The notes beneath the pieces are model-generated. The model had not been told where the DNA came from. It searched no databases and worked only from the letters and a program-made list of their open reading frames with translations. A stretch of 64,000 nucleotides of DNA from a virus. Lineage: Duplodnaviria > Heunggongvirae > Uroviricota > Caudoviricetes. The position numbers were made by a program, and so were the translations under genes. The DNA lies in the IMG/VR virus record IMGVR_UViG_3300026737_000001. The stretch is one strand, 5' to 3'. Positions within the stretch are counted from its first letter, which is position 1. Every line of letters starts with the position of its first letter. Shown here one piece after another: positions 51,501-61,179 of this stretch.

Positions 51501-53031
51501 GTATAACCCTAAAATAATAAACGATAAGTTAACAGATGATATGAATGATTTAAACAAAAGCTTTTCCTCTTTGGGAAACCAGCTGAGTCAATTTGTAGAT
51601 GACTTAAAACTTACAAGAATAGAGGCCGAAACTTTAAGGGGTTCAAAAGAAAGAGTTAAATCAGAGTGGTCTTCCTTAAATACAGTAGCAAGTTCTATTA
51701 TTTCCACATCAACATACAATATCACATCGCTTGCTGATAAAAGAACTGCAGCAGAAAATGCGATAAACGAATTAGAGCTTGAGCTAAACTCATGGATAGG
51801 ATTAGATTCTTACCCTGTTGATATAGCTGTTAGCGATAAAGATAATATAGAAATAAAATTCGATAATGTAATGAGCACCAAAGCAGAGCTTTTAAATGAG
51901 ATAACAAAGTTCAGGCAGGATGCTGCTATAGCATGGTCACAGGCTGAGATAAACTCATTAGAAACTGAGATGCAAAACCAGATTGATAGATTTTCAATGG
52001 ACTCTGTCATTACAAAAGCAGAAGCCAACACTCTTCAGACAACATTAGAAAGCTTAAAGACAGAGAGTGTCGACTTGGTTCAGATAGCTGAAGAAAAGAA
52101 TATAGTCACTATCAAAGAGTCTTACGAACAGGCTTTAATAGATTTAGAGGTTAAACTTTCAGAGTGGATAGGTCTTGATTCTGACCTTTATCCTTTAGAT
52201 ATTACGACAACAAATGCAACAAGAACTGAAGTAAGAGCACTATTTGATGATTTGGAATCTAAAAGAGTCATTCTATACAACTCAATTACAGATGCCAAGC
52301 AGGAAGAGGCTATTCTTTACTCTGAAGCTGATATAGTAAGTGACCCTGAGATAAATATATTCCATTTCGATAAGCATCTTACATCAACAAAAGGTGTTCA
52401 TCCAGCAGGAGATTTTACAGCTTCAATAGAAACTGGATTATTTAAAAACGGTGCTGGAATCCACAGCGTAGATGAGGGAGTTTTGTTCTATAATACAGCA
52501 GACCTTAATTTAAATACAAATTCAGGAACAATATCGATGGCTTTTAAGATACCAAGTGATGTAGATTTTAAAGGAAGTTCAGGTTACAAGAGATTATTTA
52601 GCATAGGAGAGTTTGCTGCAGAGGGTCAGTTTATAGCTTACTATAACTTAAGCGACAACACCTTCAGATTTAGAATCCATGACGGAACAACAGCACAGGA
52701 AGTTACCGCAAATCATGTTTATCAGCCAGGATTTAAACGCTTTACTTTTAAGTGGAGCCCTGATGAGATGGCTATTTTTATAGGTAGCGAAAAATTTATC
52801 AAAAATAGTTTTAATCTGCCGGAATTTTTTGCCTCAGATATAATATACTTCGGTTCCAAAAACAAAAACGAGGAGCACATTAATTCCGTGATAGATGAGG
52901 TTTTAATTTCTAACAAAGCTGAAGACGATATGAAGATAAAAAGATGGTCCAAAATGAATAGGCCGTTTAATGATACCGAAGATTATATATCTGTACCAAT
53001 TGCTGATGTTGTAAATATTAATTGGTTATAA
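48571..53031 (+). CDS. long tail fibre protein (Ig-like repeats, coiled coil, LamG domains)
   Basis: About 4 CarboxypepD_reg-like repeats; heptad TNEGNI repeats; LamG (DEIQLWN); ISGFGLAS...F.V.AD.F fibre/J-like motif; C-terminal HFDKHLTST.G module. Confidence 0.7.
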   Translation: MGQIFLDPKPGKIHGFIKVKTAEDPVDNVTIVVTGNSTITGTTGEFIVEAEVGLQKVMIYHPDYETKTIEVNVQKNSIKEIGTVYLLPRPGTLIGSTVPQGATINLYGNFDNYTFTSDEDGDFKATGVASDTYLVEVSADGHYTKARKNIIITNGGVTDMGIIALDPEVGDVTGRVTREDGVGIANAQVESGMSIVTGPDGYFTLPGLTAGTHSITINASGFETETITNVEVIANTSVDIGSTALKALESGLGDLEVEAFNLAGESIPATITLVEREETINADELSSFKALWEGIPKGPYTVKAEADGYYTYFKDAVVVSDRKTVINFNLLNKSLVVDGLTDKINNLESRSAYWDKEIGYPVEESYTLTEDLTPMDYLIQYSGPEDIYVGSSLEDPNAFFDFVDENYGELFDADGNAVEVIDLVDENGLQLPHQDVEGNDIKWYGKEPGEEIHLVLSATPNLPDGLTDIVVRYAVKKTMKELAVDALIKRGVTAKEVDVSVVDTISQLKGEGFKWNEPIPEDSTILGLETRVSGNEGSISTNQTSISQNETDIGLHAERLTTNEGNISANEAAITVNAENITSAVNRLDTNEGNIELNQTEISQNADSIRSTVRHINIDEGSYLRFRGVESWIDFNTLASVHGNNVLSIKLRVNFTDFEGHQALFVGGDNVSGLEVSLYNNNLDFTVVENEVKKSTDYGLENLSKDRWYEIEAIADGPAGKLFLKIDGEVVKSKITDSFNLSYLSDGFAFGTTKLKSPASGIISAEYSNFFNGYLDEIQLWNSYQTTGLMDDIEGNEVGLLSGYKIDEGSGLIVNDIKEVQNGIIKKCEWYGIESTTSQVRQLSNEFTVKVREHANGKEVISGFGLASEDGESEFSVMADRFFVFGDTEDGAEVGRPIFAVDSTTGNIYIEANLIANGSVTGDKLAAASIITSAAQIEEAMINTAHIDYLDIEKLDVRGRLSADHIVIGTDTQYEEGYNPKIINDKLTDDMNDLNKSFSSLGNQLSQFVDDLKLTRIEAETLRGSKERVKSEWSSLNTVASSIISTSTYNITSLADKRTAAENAINELELELNSWIGLDSYPVDIAVSDKDNIEIKFDNVMSTKAELLNEITKFRQDAAIAWSQAEINSLETEMQNQIDRFSMDSVITKAEANTLQTTLESLKTESVDLVQIAEEKNIVTIKESYEQALIDLEVKLSEWIGLDSDLYPLDITTTNATRTEVRALFDDLESKRVILYNSITDAKQEEAILYSEADIVSDPEINIFHFDKHLTSTKGVHPAGDFTASIETGLFKNGAGIHSVDEGVLFYNTADLNLNTNSGTISMAFKIPSDVDFKGSSGYKRLFSIGEFAAEGQFIAYYNLSDNTFRFRIHDGTTAQEVTANHVYQPGFKRFTFKWSPDEMAIFIGSEKFIKNSFNLPEFFASDIIYFGSKNKNEEHINSVIDEVLISNKAEDDMKIKRWSKMNRPFNDTEDYISVPIADVVNINWL

Positions 53032-53052
53032 AAATTAAGAGGTGGTATAAAA

Positions 53053-55284
53053 ATGAATAAACAAATAAGAAACGCAAAGATAACATGGGACTGGTCTGGT
53101 GATGAGTTTGCATTAGAAAGATTTAATGTAGTTTTAACCCCTTCAGGGGGAGACCCAAGACAGGATGCAACAGTTTATGCATCTGCAGGAACTACAAAAA
53201 ACACAAACGGACTTTATGAATACATTTTTAGAGATATAACAGTAGATACAGCCAATACATATGTAGCGTGGGTGCAGGCAGTCTATGAAAACGAGGATAG
53301 TGACTGGCTTTCAACAAGTACTCTGGTTATAGAAGATGATGGAACACCGTCAATAGCTTCACTTGATGAAGTTGACACTGTAGCCGCAGATAAAGTTCAA
53401 ACATTTATTGACGGACAGTACACAACAGATAAAGAAGCACTGCAGACACAAATTGACGGCAAGATAGAAACATGGTTTACCTCAACTGACCCCGAGACAA
53501 ACTGGACAACAGCTTCTGAAAAGGAAAAACACCACGGAGATATGTGGTACAACGGAACCTCAAACCAGCTTAAAAGATATAACTGGGACGGTTCTGCAGG
53601 AAGCTGGATTTTAATACAGGACCAGAAAGCAATTGACGCTTACGATAACGCTTCTAAGGCTCAGGATACAGCAGACGAAAAGAGAAGAATCTTTACCTCA
53701 ACCCCTACAACCCCCTATGATGTAGGTGATATGTGGGCACAGGGTGAAGCAGGAGACATGTATGTCTGTCACACAGCAAAGCTAGGCACAGAAAGCTATT
53801 CAGTTAACGACTGGGAAAAAGCTGCTGATTATGCGACAGGAACAGAGTATCAGAACTTTGTTGACAGCATGACCCAAAACATGACAGAGCTTCAAAACCA
53901 GCTTGATGGCAATATAACAACCTGGTTTATGGATGGGGTTCCTAGCTTAACAAACCAGCCTTATACAGACTGGGAAACAGAAGATAATGCCTCAACTGAT
54001 GATACAGATTACTATATCAGAGATTCTCACCTGGGAGATATCTACTATGATAATGTAACAGGTACAGCCTACCGTTTTACAGGCTCAACAGGCTCATATT
54101 CCTGGACAGAAATAACAGATAACGCTTTAACTGAAGCGCTTACAACAGCAAGAGGTGCTGAAGATTTAGCTGACCAGAAAAGAAGAGTTTTTGTTAATAC
54201 ACCTACCACACCTTATGATGTCGGAGATTTATGGACAGAAGGAGAAAGCGGAGATTTATATCGCTGTATTACTCCTAAATCAGACACAGGCTCTTACAGC
54301 AGTTTAGACTGGGAAAAGGCAGTAAAATATACAGATGACACAACAGTAAATACTTTCATAGACGGGACATTTGCAGATACAGTTGACGATTTAACAGGTC
54401 AGATTGACGGCAAGATAGATACCTGGTTTGGCTCAACAGACCCTTCTACAAGCTGGGCTGGTACTGATGCCTCTCACGAAGGAGACCTATGGTATGATAA
54501 TACCGCAGGCTCTCAGAAGCTTAAAAGATGGGATGGAGCAGGCTGGAATGAGATAACAGACCAGAAAGCAATAGACGCTATGGAAGCTGCAGGAGAAGCT
54601 CAAGGGACCGCTGATAAAAAGAAGACAATATTCACAAATGAGCCAGTTTCTCCTTATGATGTAGGTGATATGTGGTGGCTTGGACCGGATAATGTTGATA
54701 TGAAAATCTGTACAACAGCTGATGGTTCAACAGGAAACTTCACAGCTTCTCATTGGGAACTTGCTACTAATGCAGAACAGTATACAAAAGATTTAACACA
54801 CGCTCATATAGTTAACCCGAACACAACATATCTATTCCACTTTAATAAAAATATAACATCTACTGATGGAGTAGGGCCTAACTCAGGTTATGATGTTAAT
54901 TTGCACAAAGATGGAGGCAAATTCGGTGGAGCAGCAGAAGTAGTCAGTAGTCTGTCGTATAACTTCGGCAGTTTAACAGATTATACTATATCAGTCTACT
55001 ATACAAGCACATTAGGCGGTTCTTTTGACCATTATGTAATAAAGTCTAACGGAGAGAAGTATGTGAATGGAGAGAGAAATGACGGAGCTACCACAAGCTT
55101 CATGACAGTTAGTGCACCAAATATAACACTCAATACAGGAGTATATGATGAACTGATGGTCTCAACAGAATTAAATTCAGCAGCAGAGATAAAAAACTGG
55201 TATGATATGCAGAAACCATTTTTTGACCCTGAACTTACAATAGATGTTCCGGAGCCAACCTCAATTACAATGAGTTGGAATTAA
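53053..55284 (+). CDS. tail fibre/receptor-binding protein, family B, with three internal repeats
   Basis: N-terminal W.W.GD.FAL..FN...WVQAVY domain; three repeats containing QIDGKIETWF and TPYDVGD.W; minimal C-terminal module. Confidence 0.7.
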   Translation: MNKQIRNAKITWDWSGDEFALERFNVVLTPSGGDPRQDATVYASAGTTKNTNGLYEYIFRDITVDTANTYVAWVQAVYENEDSDWLSTSTLVIEDDGTPSIASLDEVDTVAADKVQTFIDGQYTTDKEALQTQIDGKIETWFTSTDPETNWTTASEKEKHHGDMWYNGTSNQLKRYNWDGSAGSWILIQDQKAIDAYDNASKAQDTADEKRRIFTSTPTTPYDVGDMWAQGEAGDMYVCHTAKLGTESYSVNDWEKAADYATGTEYQNFVDSMTQNMTELQNQLDGNITTWFMDGVPSLTNQPYTDWETEDNASTDDTDYYIRDSHLGDIYYDNVTGTAYRFTGSTGSYSWTEITDNALTEALTTARGAEDLADQKRRVFVNTPTTPYDVGDLWTEGESGDLYRCITPKSDTGSYSSLDWEKAVKYTDDTTVNTFIDGTFADTVDDLTGQIDGKIDTWFGSTDPSTSWAGTDASHEGDLWYDNTAGSQKLKRWDGAGWNEITDQKAIDAMEAAGEAQGTADKKKTIFTNEPVSPYDVGDMWWLGPDNVDMKICTTADGSTGNFTASHWELATNAEQYTKDLTHAHIVNPNTTYLFHFNKNITSTDGVGPNSGYDVNLHKDGGKFGGAAEVVSSLSYNFGSLTDYTISVYYTSTLGGSFDHYVIKSNGEKYVNGERNDGATTSFMTVSAPNITLNTGVYDELMVSTELNSAAEIKNWYDMQKPFFDPELTIDVPEPTSITMSWN
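53395..54790 (+). repeat. three tandem repeats of about 150-165 aa within the fibre gene
   Basis: QIDGKIETWF/QLDGNITTWF/QIDGKIDTWF and TPYDVGD.W recur; DNA match gaccagaaagcaat(t/a)gacgct at about 53620 and 54559. Confidence 0.75.
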
Positions 55285-55300
55285 AAGAGAGGTGTAGACT

Positions 55301-58126
55301 TTGAACAAACAAAACAGAGACGGAAATATAACATGGAGCTGGGAGGGAGATACCTTTGCCTTAAGGGGGTTTAATGTTGCCATAACCCCCTATGGTGGCA
55401 ACCCAAACAGTGAGTCAATTGCAAAGGCAAGAGTTGAAGCCTCATCAAGGTCTTATACTTTTGAAAATATAACTATTAATGCTGATGGAGAATATCAGGG
55501 CTGGGTGCAGGCCATTTATGAAGGTGGAGATAGTGCCTGGCAGACTACGGGTAAAATGACACTACCTGATGACGGAACACCAACCATAGTATCTTCTACT
55601 GATGGAGACACTATAGCAGATGAAACAGAACAGAATGCAAAAGAATATTTCGATTCACGGTACATAAAAGATGAAGACGAGCTTATACATTTTGATGAGC
55701 ATCTAACATCAACCAACGGCATGGCACCTGATAATGATTATACTGTCACCCTAAGAGATGATGGTAAGTTCAAAGGTGGAGTAGCAGTAGAGGAAGCGAC
55801 TGAGAATTTGATAGCAAATTATTTCGACACAACTTTTGAGTCATATAACGAAGGGGACACTGTAGGATTTTACAATCAAACTGGTAGTGATGTTGTAGTT
55901 AGTAAAGATATGGGATATTTTAGTAATAAATCTATTAAAAGCCTTGGAGGCACAAGGTTTTACAGAACAAAAGGATTATCAAAAGGTGATGTTGTAACCT
56001 TCTCGGCGTGGGTATACAGTCAAGATGAAAAACCATATTTAAAAATAGAAATGAAAGGAGGAGATTATAACTGGGACAATAGTATAGGAACCAGTCATTC
56101 AGGTAATGGTTGGGAAAAGTTGTCTGTAACATTCAAAAAGCCATTAACAAGCAATTCGACTTGCTATTTTTTCTGTTATCATAATTATTCTTCTGCCCCT
56201 GTGTATTGGGATAACTTTCAATTAGAAAAAAAACAAATACCAACCTCATTCACAGAATCAACCAGAGATAAAGGTAAGCTTAACTATCCTATCAATACTG
56301 ATAATAAAACAATTAATTTCTACAGAAAAGGTGTTACGAGTTTAGTAGAAAATACAAACGAGGATTTTAGTAAGGGTGAGTTGACTGATGTAGAGGTTGT
56401 TGGTGATGGGGTTGAGTTATTAAAACCTACTTTTGAAGATGATTTTTTAAACTCAAATAATTGGACAGGCAATTTTGATATTGACAATGGATATTTAAGA
56501 CATACAGCAGACAATATTTCTGCATATACTATTAACAACGTTATTGAGTCTGGTAAAAAAACTATAAATTTTAAATTTATGAACAATGGTCATGGTTCAT
56601 CACAGGACCAATACCATGTATCTCCTATATGGAATAGTGATGATGATAGATTAACCTTTTACATGAGGACTTTCAAAAGCGGAGATTATAAAATAGAACT
56701 ACTATCTTTAATAGGTGGGGCAAGCACTTCTTTATTTTCTGACACAAAATACAACTATTATAATATGGCTGGTCAATGGTTTAATATAAAAATGTTTAAA
56801 GATAGTTCTGATATTAAAGTTAAAATATGGATTGAAGGAGACTCTGAGCCTGAGAATTGGGATTGGGAAGTTTCAGCCCCAGAAGGAGTAGTTGATGAAG
56901 GCAAGTTTCATTCTCTTGCAAGATATACTGATGTTAATGGAACTGGGTTGGATAATATCTATATAGAACAATACAAAAAATCTGGCACCCGACAATCACC
57001 TCAACTAAATCTATCTGATATTAATAATGTTACTGGTAGTTTAATAGAGTGGGAAGGGTTAAGCGATTTTGCAATAGAGTTTGATGGTATTGATGGTCAA
57101 ATAGAGACTCCTTCCATAAATATAGGTACTAATAAGTGGAGTGTTGAAACATGGGTTTACCCAAAGCAATCTAATGGTTATACACACCTTTTTACTTCAT
57201 CTGCAACACAGAGTTATTTTGCATGTAAAATGGGTGCCCTCAATCCATACTTCCACAAATCAACACACGGTTCTTTTAATGCGGTTTCAAATATAGGTAT
57301 TAATGAGTGGAGTCATCTTGCCTTTGTATATACAGGAGCCGAAATAAAAATATATATAAATGGAAATTTAGATGTAACACACAGTGTTGCAGGACTGGAT
57401 ATACCAGATACAGGGTTTTTTATTCAGGGTGGGCATAATGAATTTACAAATGCAATACATGATGATATAAGGCTATGGGTTGGAAAAGCAAAAACAGAAT
57501 TTGAAATAAAAAAAGACATGAATACCATACTCAGTGGTACTGAAGACTTTTTAGAGCTTTATTATAAAATGGACAAAGTTGAAGCTTCTAGTGTTATAGA
57601 TGTTACGGGAAAAAATGACGGTTCTCTAATTGGTGGATATTCTAAAGTTGAAGGTTTTAAATATAATATTAATATTGAGACCTCTGTTGACGGAGGTACA
57701 AGCTGGGACAAGTGCTTAAACGGAGAACCTATACCAAATCTACCAGCTGACCCTGATACTCTAGATATCAGGCAGGTTTTCAATACAACCGACACAACCA
57801 TAACTCCAACTCTATCAGAAATAAAGGCATATATCTTTACTGACAGTGATGATGAATATAAGATGTACACTATTAAACCTGACGGCACAGCTTATTTAAA
57901 CGGTAATCAAATAAATGCAGTACCGAATGCCGTGATAGATATAACTGAACCCGGTAAGTTACAGTTTAAACCAAACAACATCTACGACGAACTTCTAATC
58001 AAAGATGGAGATGTAACAGAAGAAGAAATCAATAACTGGTATGAACTCGGAACACCATTTGAGGATAACGAACAGAAGTTTAACACTTCTACACCGACTA
58101 ATGTGACTATGATTGAGGTGGAATAA
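55301..58126 (+). CDS. tail fibre/receptor-binding protein, family B, with nested CBM/LamG inserts
   Basis: Same N- and C-terminal frame as 53053; CBM-like and LamG blocks inside; TTG start with SD GAGAGGTG. Confidence 0.7.
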   Translation: MNKQNRDGNITWSWEGDTFALRGFNVAITPYGGNPNSESIAKARVEASSRSYTFENITINADGEYQGWVQAIYEGGDSAWQTTGKMTLPDDGTPTIVSSTDGDTIADETEQNAKEYFDSRYIKDEDELIHFDEHLTSTNGMAPDNDYTVTLRDDGKFKGGVAVEEATENLIANYFDTTFESYNEGDTVGFYNQTGSDVVVSKDMGYFSNKSIKSLGGTRFYRTKGLSKGDVVTFSAWVYSQDEKPYLKIEMKGGDYNWDNSIGTSHSGNGWEKLSVTFKKPLTSNSTCYFFCYHNYSSAPVYWDNFQLEKKQIPTSFTESTRDKGKLNYPINTDNKTINFYRKGVTSLVENTNEDFSKGELTDVEVVGDGVELLKPTFEDDFLNSNNWTGNFDIDNGYLRHTADNISAYTINNVIESGKKTINFKFMNNGHGSSQDQYHVSPIWNSDDDRLTFYMRTFKSGDYKIELLSLIGGASTSLFSDTKYNYYNMAGQWFNIKMFKDSSDIKVKIWIEGDSEPENWDWEVSAPEGVVDEGKFHSLARYTDVNGTGLDNIYIEQYKKSGTRQSPQLNLSDINNVTGSLIEWEGLSDFAIEFDGIDGQIETPSINIGTNKWSVETWVYPKQSNGYTHLFTSSATQSYFACKMGALNPYFHKSTHGSFNAVSNIGINEWSHLAFVYTGAEIKIYINGNLDVTHSVAGLDIPDTGFFIQGGHNEFTNAIHDDIRLWVGKAKTEFEIKKDMNTILSGTEDFLELYYKMDKVEASSVIDVTGKNDGSLIGGYSKVEGFKYNINIETSVDGGTSWDKCLNGEPIPNLPADPDTLDIRQVFNTTDTTITPTLSEIKAYIFTDSDDEYKMYTIKPDGTAYLNGNQINAVPNAVIDITEPGKLQFKPNNIYDELLIKDGDVTEEEINNWYELGTPFEDNEQKFNTSTPTNVTMIEVE

Positions 58127-60274
58127 ATGGCGGAAATAATTAAAGATATAACTGCAAACTGGAACTGGGAGGGCGATGAATTTGCCCTCCAGGGTTTTAA
58201 TATCAAAATAGAAGAAGAAGTTAATAATAACTATGATAATTTAGATAATGGATTGGTAGGCTTTTGGAAACTTGACGGTGATTTAAATGATTATTCTACA
58301 AATAATTACAATCTTGATAATCACGGGTCATTAGAAGTTTCAGGCCTTGGACAAAAATCTTATTTCTTTGATGAGGATGCAAATAATAATGGTGGAGCCT
58401 ATTTAGGTACAGATGTTCTAAATTATCCTAATGACAATATAACTGTTAGTGCATGGATACATCCAGAAGGGCATACAGATGGAAGAGCTCCAATTGTAAG
58501 GCTTGACCAATTTTACTTTCAGCATTACTCAAATGACAGGCTTGCAACATACTGGTATGGGTGGGATAGTCAGGGATACCACTATTCTAATGTTAATTCA
58601 GTTCCTGACTACAAGTGGTCACATGTAGCTGTATCTTGGAACCAAGAAGGTATTATTAAGTTTTATGTGAATGGAGAGCTTGACAAAGTTATTGAAGGTG
58701 TTGGGAATGGTGGTGGAAATAATTTAGACTGGATAAGAATAGGACAAGAAAATTCTACTAGAAGATTTAATGGCAAGATACAAAATGTAAGAGTTTACAA
58801 TAGGCCTCTTGATGATTTAGAGATAAAACAAATATTCAAAAAAGACATACCAAAATCTAAATCCGTGGTTGAAACTTTTACAGACAGCCCTAAAACAACA
58901 GGTGGAGATTACGACTATACATATAATTTTAGCAATGTAAAACTTGACAGCAATAAAAACTATAAGCTCTGGGTGCAGGCAGTGTATCCCGGCTTTGATA
59001 GTTTGTGGGTTGATACTGCAGGAAAAACTGCAGTTGATGACGGCACAGCAACTATAGAGGATAGTGATGCCTTCCAGCAAAAAATGGAAAATGCCTATGA
59101 AAACAGTAAGGATTTCAGTAAAGCACACCTAATAGATGATGAGGATGCTCATATTTTTCATTTTGATAAGCATTTGACTTCTACTAATGGGTTGGAACCT
59201 ACAAATTATACAGTTAGCTTAAGAAATGACGGAAAACATGATGGAGCTATTGCTATTGAGGAAAGTACAGAGAATTTAATAACTAATTATATTACCCCTC
59301 TTGAAAATTTAAAAGAAGGAGAGTCTTACATACAAGGTGTTGGTGGAGGAGAAGTTAAATATACAAGACTAAAAAAACATAAATGGAGACTTGATATTGT
59401 TGAAGATGTATCTGGAAAAAACCAAATAGAAATGACTAATTATATATCTTGGGATACCGAAAAAACTCTTTCATTTTATGTTCACGACTATTTTAACCAC
59501 TCAGAATCTGTTGGTTCATTTAGTCCATCAAGAAGGTCTTATGGAAATAGTAAATATAACGAAATAGGGTTTTATTCAATAAATTATCTTTATGAATCTA
59601 GCTGGTATGGAAATAGCACTGTAGGTTGGAGAACTACATGGAGCGATAATACAAATATAAAAGCTGGAAGTTATATAATTTTTTCAAATTTACAAGTTGA
59701 GGAAAAATCTTATGCAACATCATTCACAGAAGAAACAAGAGCTAATGGAATATTAAAATACGATAGTTCTGCAGTTGACACCAAAAGAGGTACTTTAAAT
59801 TTATGGATTAAACCTCATGATTATATTTATAGTGACACAAGTTATATAGACGTGATAGACTGCAGAACAGAAACTGGCGGAACAAATAACTTTATAATTT
59901 TAAGAAAAGATGCTAATAGCTCTGTGCCAAACAGAATGTTTTTAAGAAGTGGAGCAAGCTGGAATTATTCAAATGTAAATTTGCCCCCCAATGACTGGAG
60001 TATGTTGACTTGGACATGGGATGTTGATGGGAATTACAATATGTATTTTAATGGAACAAATGTCAAAACAGGAAATTATACAGAATCAGACAGGGTGCCT
60101 TTTGGATATATTGATATCAAAGAATTTGGCCTAATGGATGAAGTTTTAATTTTAAAAAGAGCGGTTGATGAAACCACCATCCAAAACTGGTACGAAATGG
60201 ATAAACCATTCGTTGATTTACACCCTAAAACAAACACAAAAAGACCAAGTAATGTAAGTATAACAGAGGTTTAG
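58127..60274 (+). CDS. tail fibre/receptor-binding protein, family B, with LamG inserted in the N-terminal domain
   Basis: W.WEGDEFAL.GFN, then LamG (GLVGFWKLDG...NVRVYNRPL), then WVQAVY; HFDKHLTSTNG module; C-terminal LamG. Confidence 0.7.
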   Translation: MAEIIKDITANWNWEGDEFALQGFNIKIEEEVNNNYDNLDNGLVGFWKLDGDLNDYSTNNYNLDNHGSLEVSGLGQKSYFFDEDANNNGGAYLGTDVLNYPNDNITVSAWIHPEGHTDGRAPIVRLDQFYFQHYSNDRLATYWYGWDSQGYHYSNVNSVPDYKWSHVAVSWNQEGIIKFYVNGELDKVIEGVGNGGGNNLDWIRIGQENSTRRFNGKIQNVRVYNRPLDDLEIKQIFKKDIPKSKSVVETFTDSPKTTGGDYDYTYNFSNVKLDSNKNYKLWVQAVYPGFDSLWVDTAGKTAVDDGTATIEDSDAFQQKMENAYENSKDFSKAHLIDDEDAHIFHFDKHLTSTNGLEPTNYTVSLRNDGKHDGAIAIEESTENLITNYITPLENLKEGESYIQGVGGGEVKYTRLKKHKWRLDIVEDVSGKNQIEMTNYISWDTEKTLSFYVHDYFNHSESVGSFSPSRRSYGNSKYNEIGFYSINYLYESSWYGNSTVGWRTTWSDNTNIKAGSYIIFSNLQVEEKSYATSFTEETRANGILKYDSSAVDTKRGTLNLWIKPHDYIYSDTSYIDVIDCRTETGGTNNFIILRKDANSSVPNRMFLRSGASWNYSNVNLPPNDWSMLTWTWDVDGNYNMYFNGTNVKTGNYTESDRVPFGYIDIKEFGLMDEVLILKRAVDETTIQNWYEMDKPFVDLHPKTNTKRPSNVSITEV

Positions 60275-60292
60275 TTTAGTTTAATAAACAAC

Positions 60293-60321
60293 TTGAAAAA
60301 TGGTCCAGAATATGGTATAAT
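60293..60321 (+). promoter_or_regulatory. sigma-A-type promoter with extended -10 for the radical SAM cassette
   Basis: TTGAAA (60293-60298), 17 bp, TGgTATAAT (TATAAT 60316-60321). Confidence 0.8.
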
Positions 60322-60356
60322 TATATATAGAAGGAAAGAATAAAAAGGGGGCCAAA

Positions 60357-61160
60357 ATGTACACTAATCTAAGAATGGTAGAAATAGAAATACACAGCTA
60401 TTGCAACAGAACATGTAATTGGTGTCCTAATAAATATATAAATCGAAAGATAAAAAAGATACTGCCTAAGACTAATTATACAAATATTTTAAACGAACTC
60501 AAGTCCATCGATTATAAAGGAACAATAAGTTACTCAAGGTATAATGAACCTTTTGCACTGAAAGAAATTTTTACTCAGTATACTAAAATAGCAAGGTTGT
60601 TATTACCTGAAGCAAGACTTGTAACAAACACCAATGGAGATTATCTTACAAACTCAATTTTAGATAGAGTTGAGATAGATGAGCTTTCAATAATGGATTA
60701 CGACAACAAAGGTTTAGGCTACTGTATTCAAAGAATGGAAGATTTAAATTTTGAGATAACAGAAATAATAGATAATAAGATATACGGTTTTGGTCACGAC
60801 ATGGAAGTAGTGTATGTTAGTGACTGGGCCAGACTGGAAAGCTTTGGAGACAGGGCGGGCTCTTTAGAAAAAGCAGATAAAAAAATAAGAAAAAAGAAAT
60901 GTTATGAGCCTTTTCATTTTCTTGGGATAGACTACAACGGGAATGTGATGCCCTGCTGCAACTTCAGAAGCGACAATGATATCCATCAGGGATTTGTACT
61001 TGGTAACATAAAAAACAAAAGTATCAGGTCAATACTGGATTCTAAAAAGCTAAAAGACCTACAGTTAAGACTTCAAAACTTAGATTTTCCTGAGCAGTGC
61101 AAGTACTGCATCAAAGAAGAGGGAAGGTATACCAGGAAGAATCCCGGTATAAAATATTGA
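60357..61160 (+). CDS. radical SAM protein with SPASM/twitch domain
   Basis: CNRTCNWC (CxxxCxxC); YNEP; TNTNG; CYEP....IDYNGNVMPCC...LGNI...C.YC. Confidence 0.9.
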   Translation: MYTNLRMVEIEIHSYCNRTCNWCPNKYINRKIKKILPKTNYTNILNELKSIDYKGTISYSRYNEPFALKEIFTQYTKIARLLLPEARLVTNTNGDYLTNSILDRVEIDELSIMDYDNKGLGYCIQRMEDLNFEITEIIDNKIYGFGHDMEVVYVSDWARLESFGDRAGSLEKADKKIRKKKCYEPFHFLGIDYNGNVMPCCNFRSDNDIHQGFVLGNIKNKSIRSILDSKKLKDLQLRLQNLDFPEQCKYCIKEEGRYTRKNPGIKY

Positions 61161-61179
61161 GATTAAAAGGAGTTAAAAA

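Noticed and set aside
1805-58206. Numerous 60-130 aa minus-strand or off-frame ORFs in the track that overlap long plus-strand genes
   Set aside because: They are shadows of long, SD-bearing, motif-containing genes and have no recognisable motifs of their own
53053-60274. Diversity-generating retroelement or invertase shufflon acting on the fibre genes
   Set aside because: No reverse transcriptase or recombinase in the window, no near-identical repeat pair differing at adenines, and all fibre genes share one orientation
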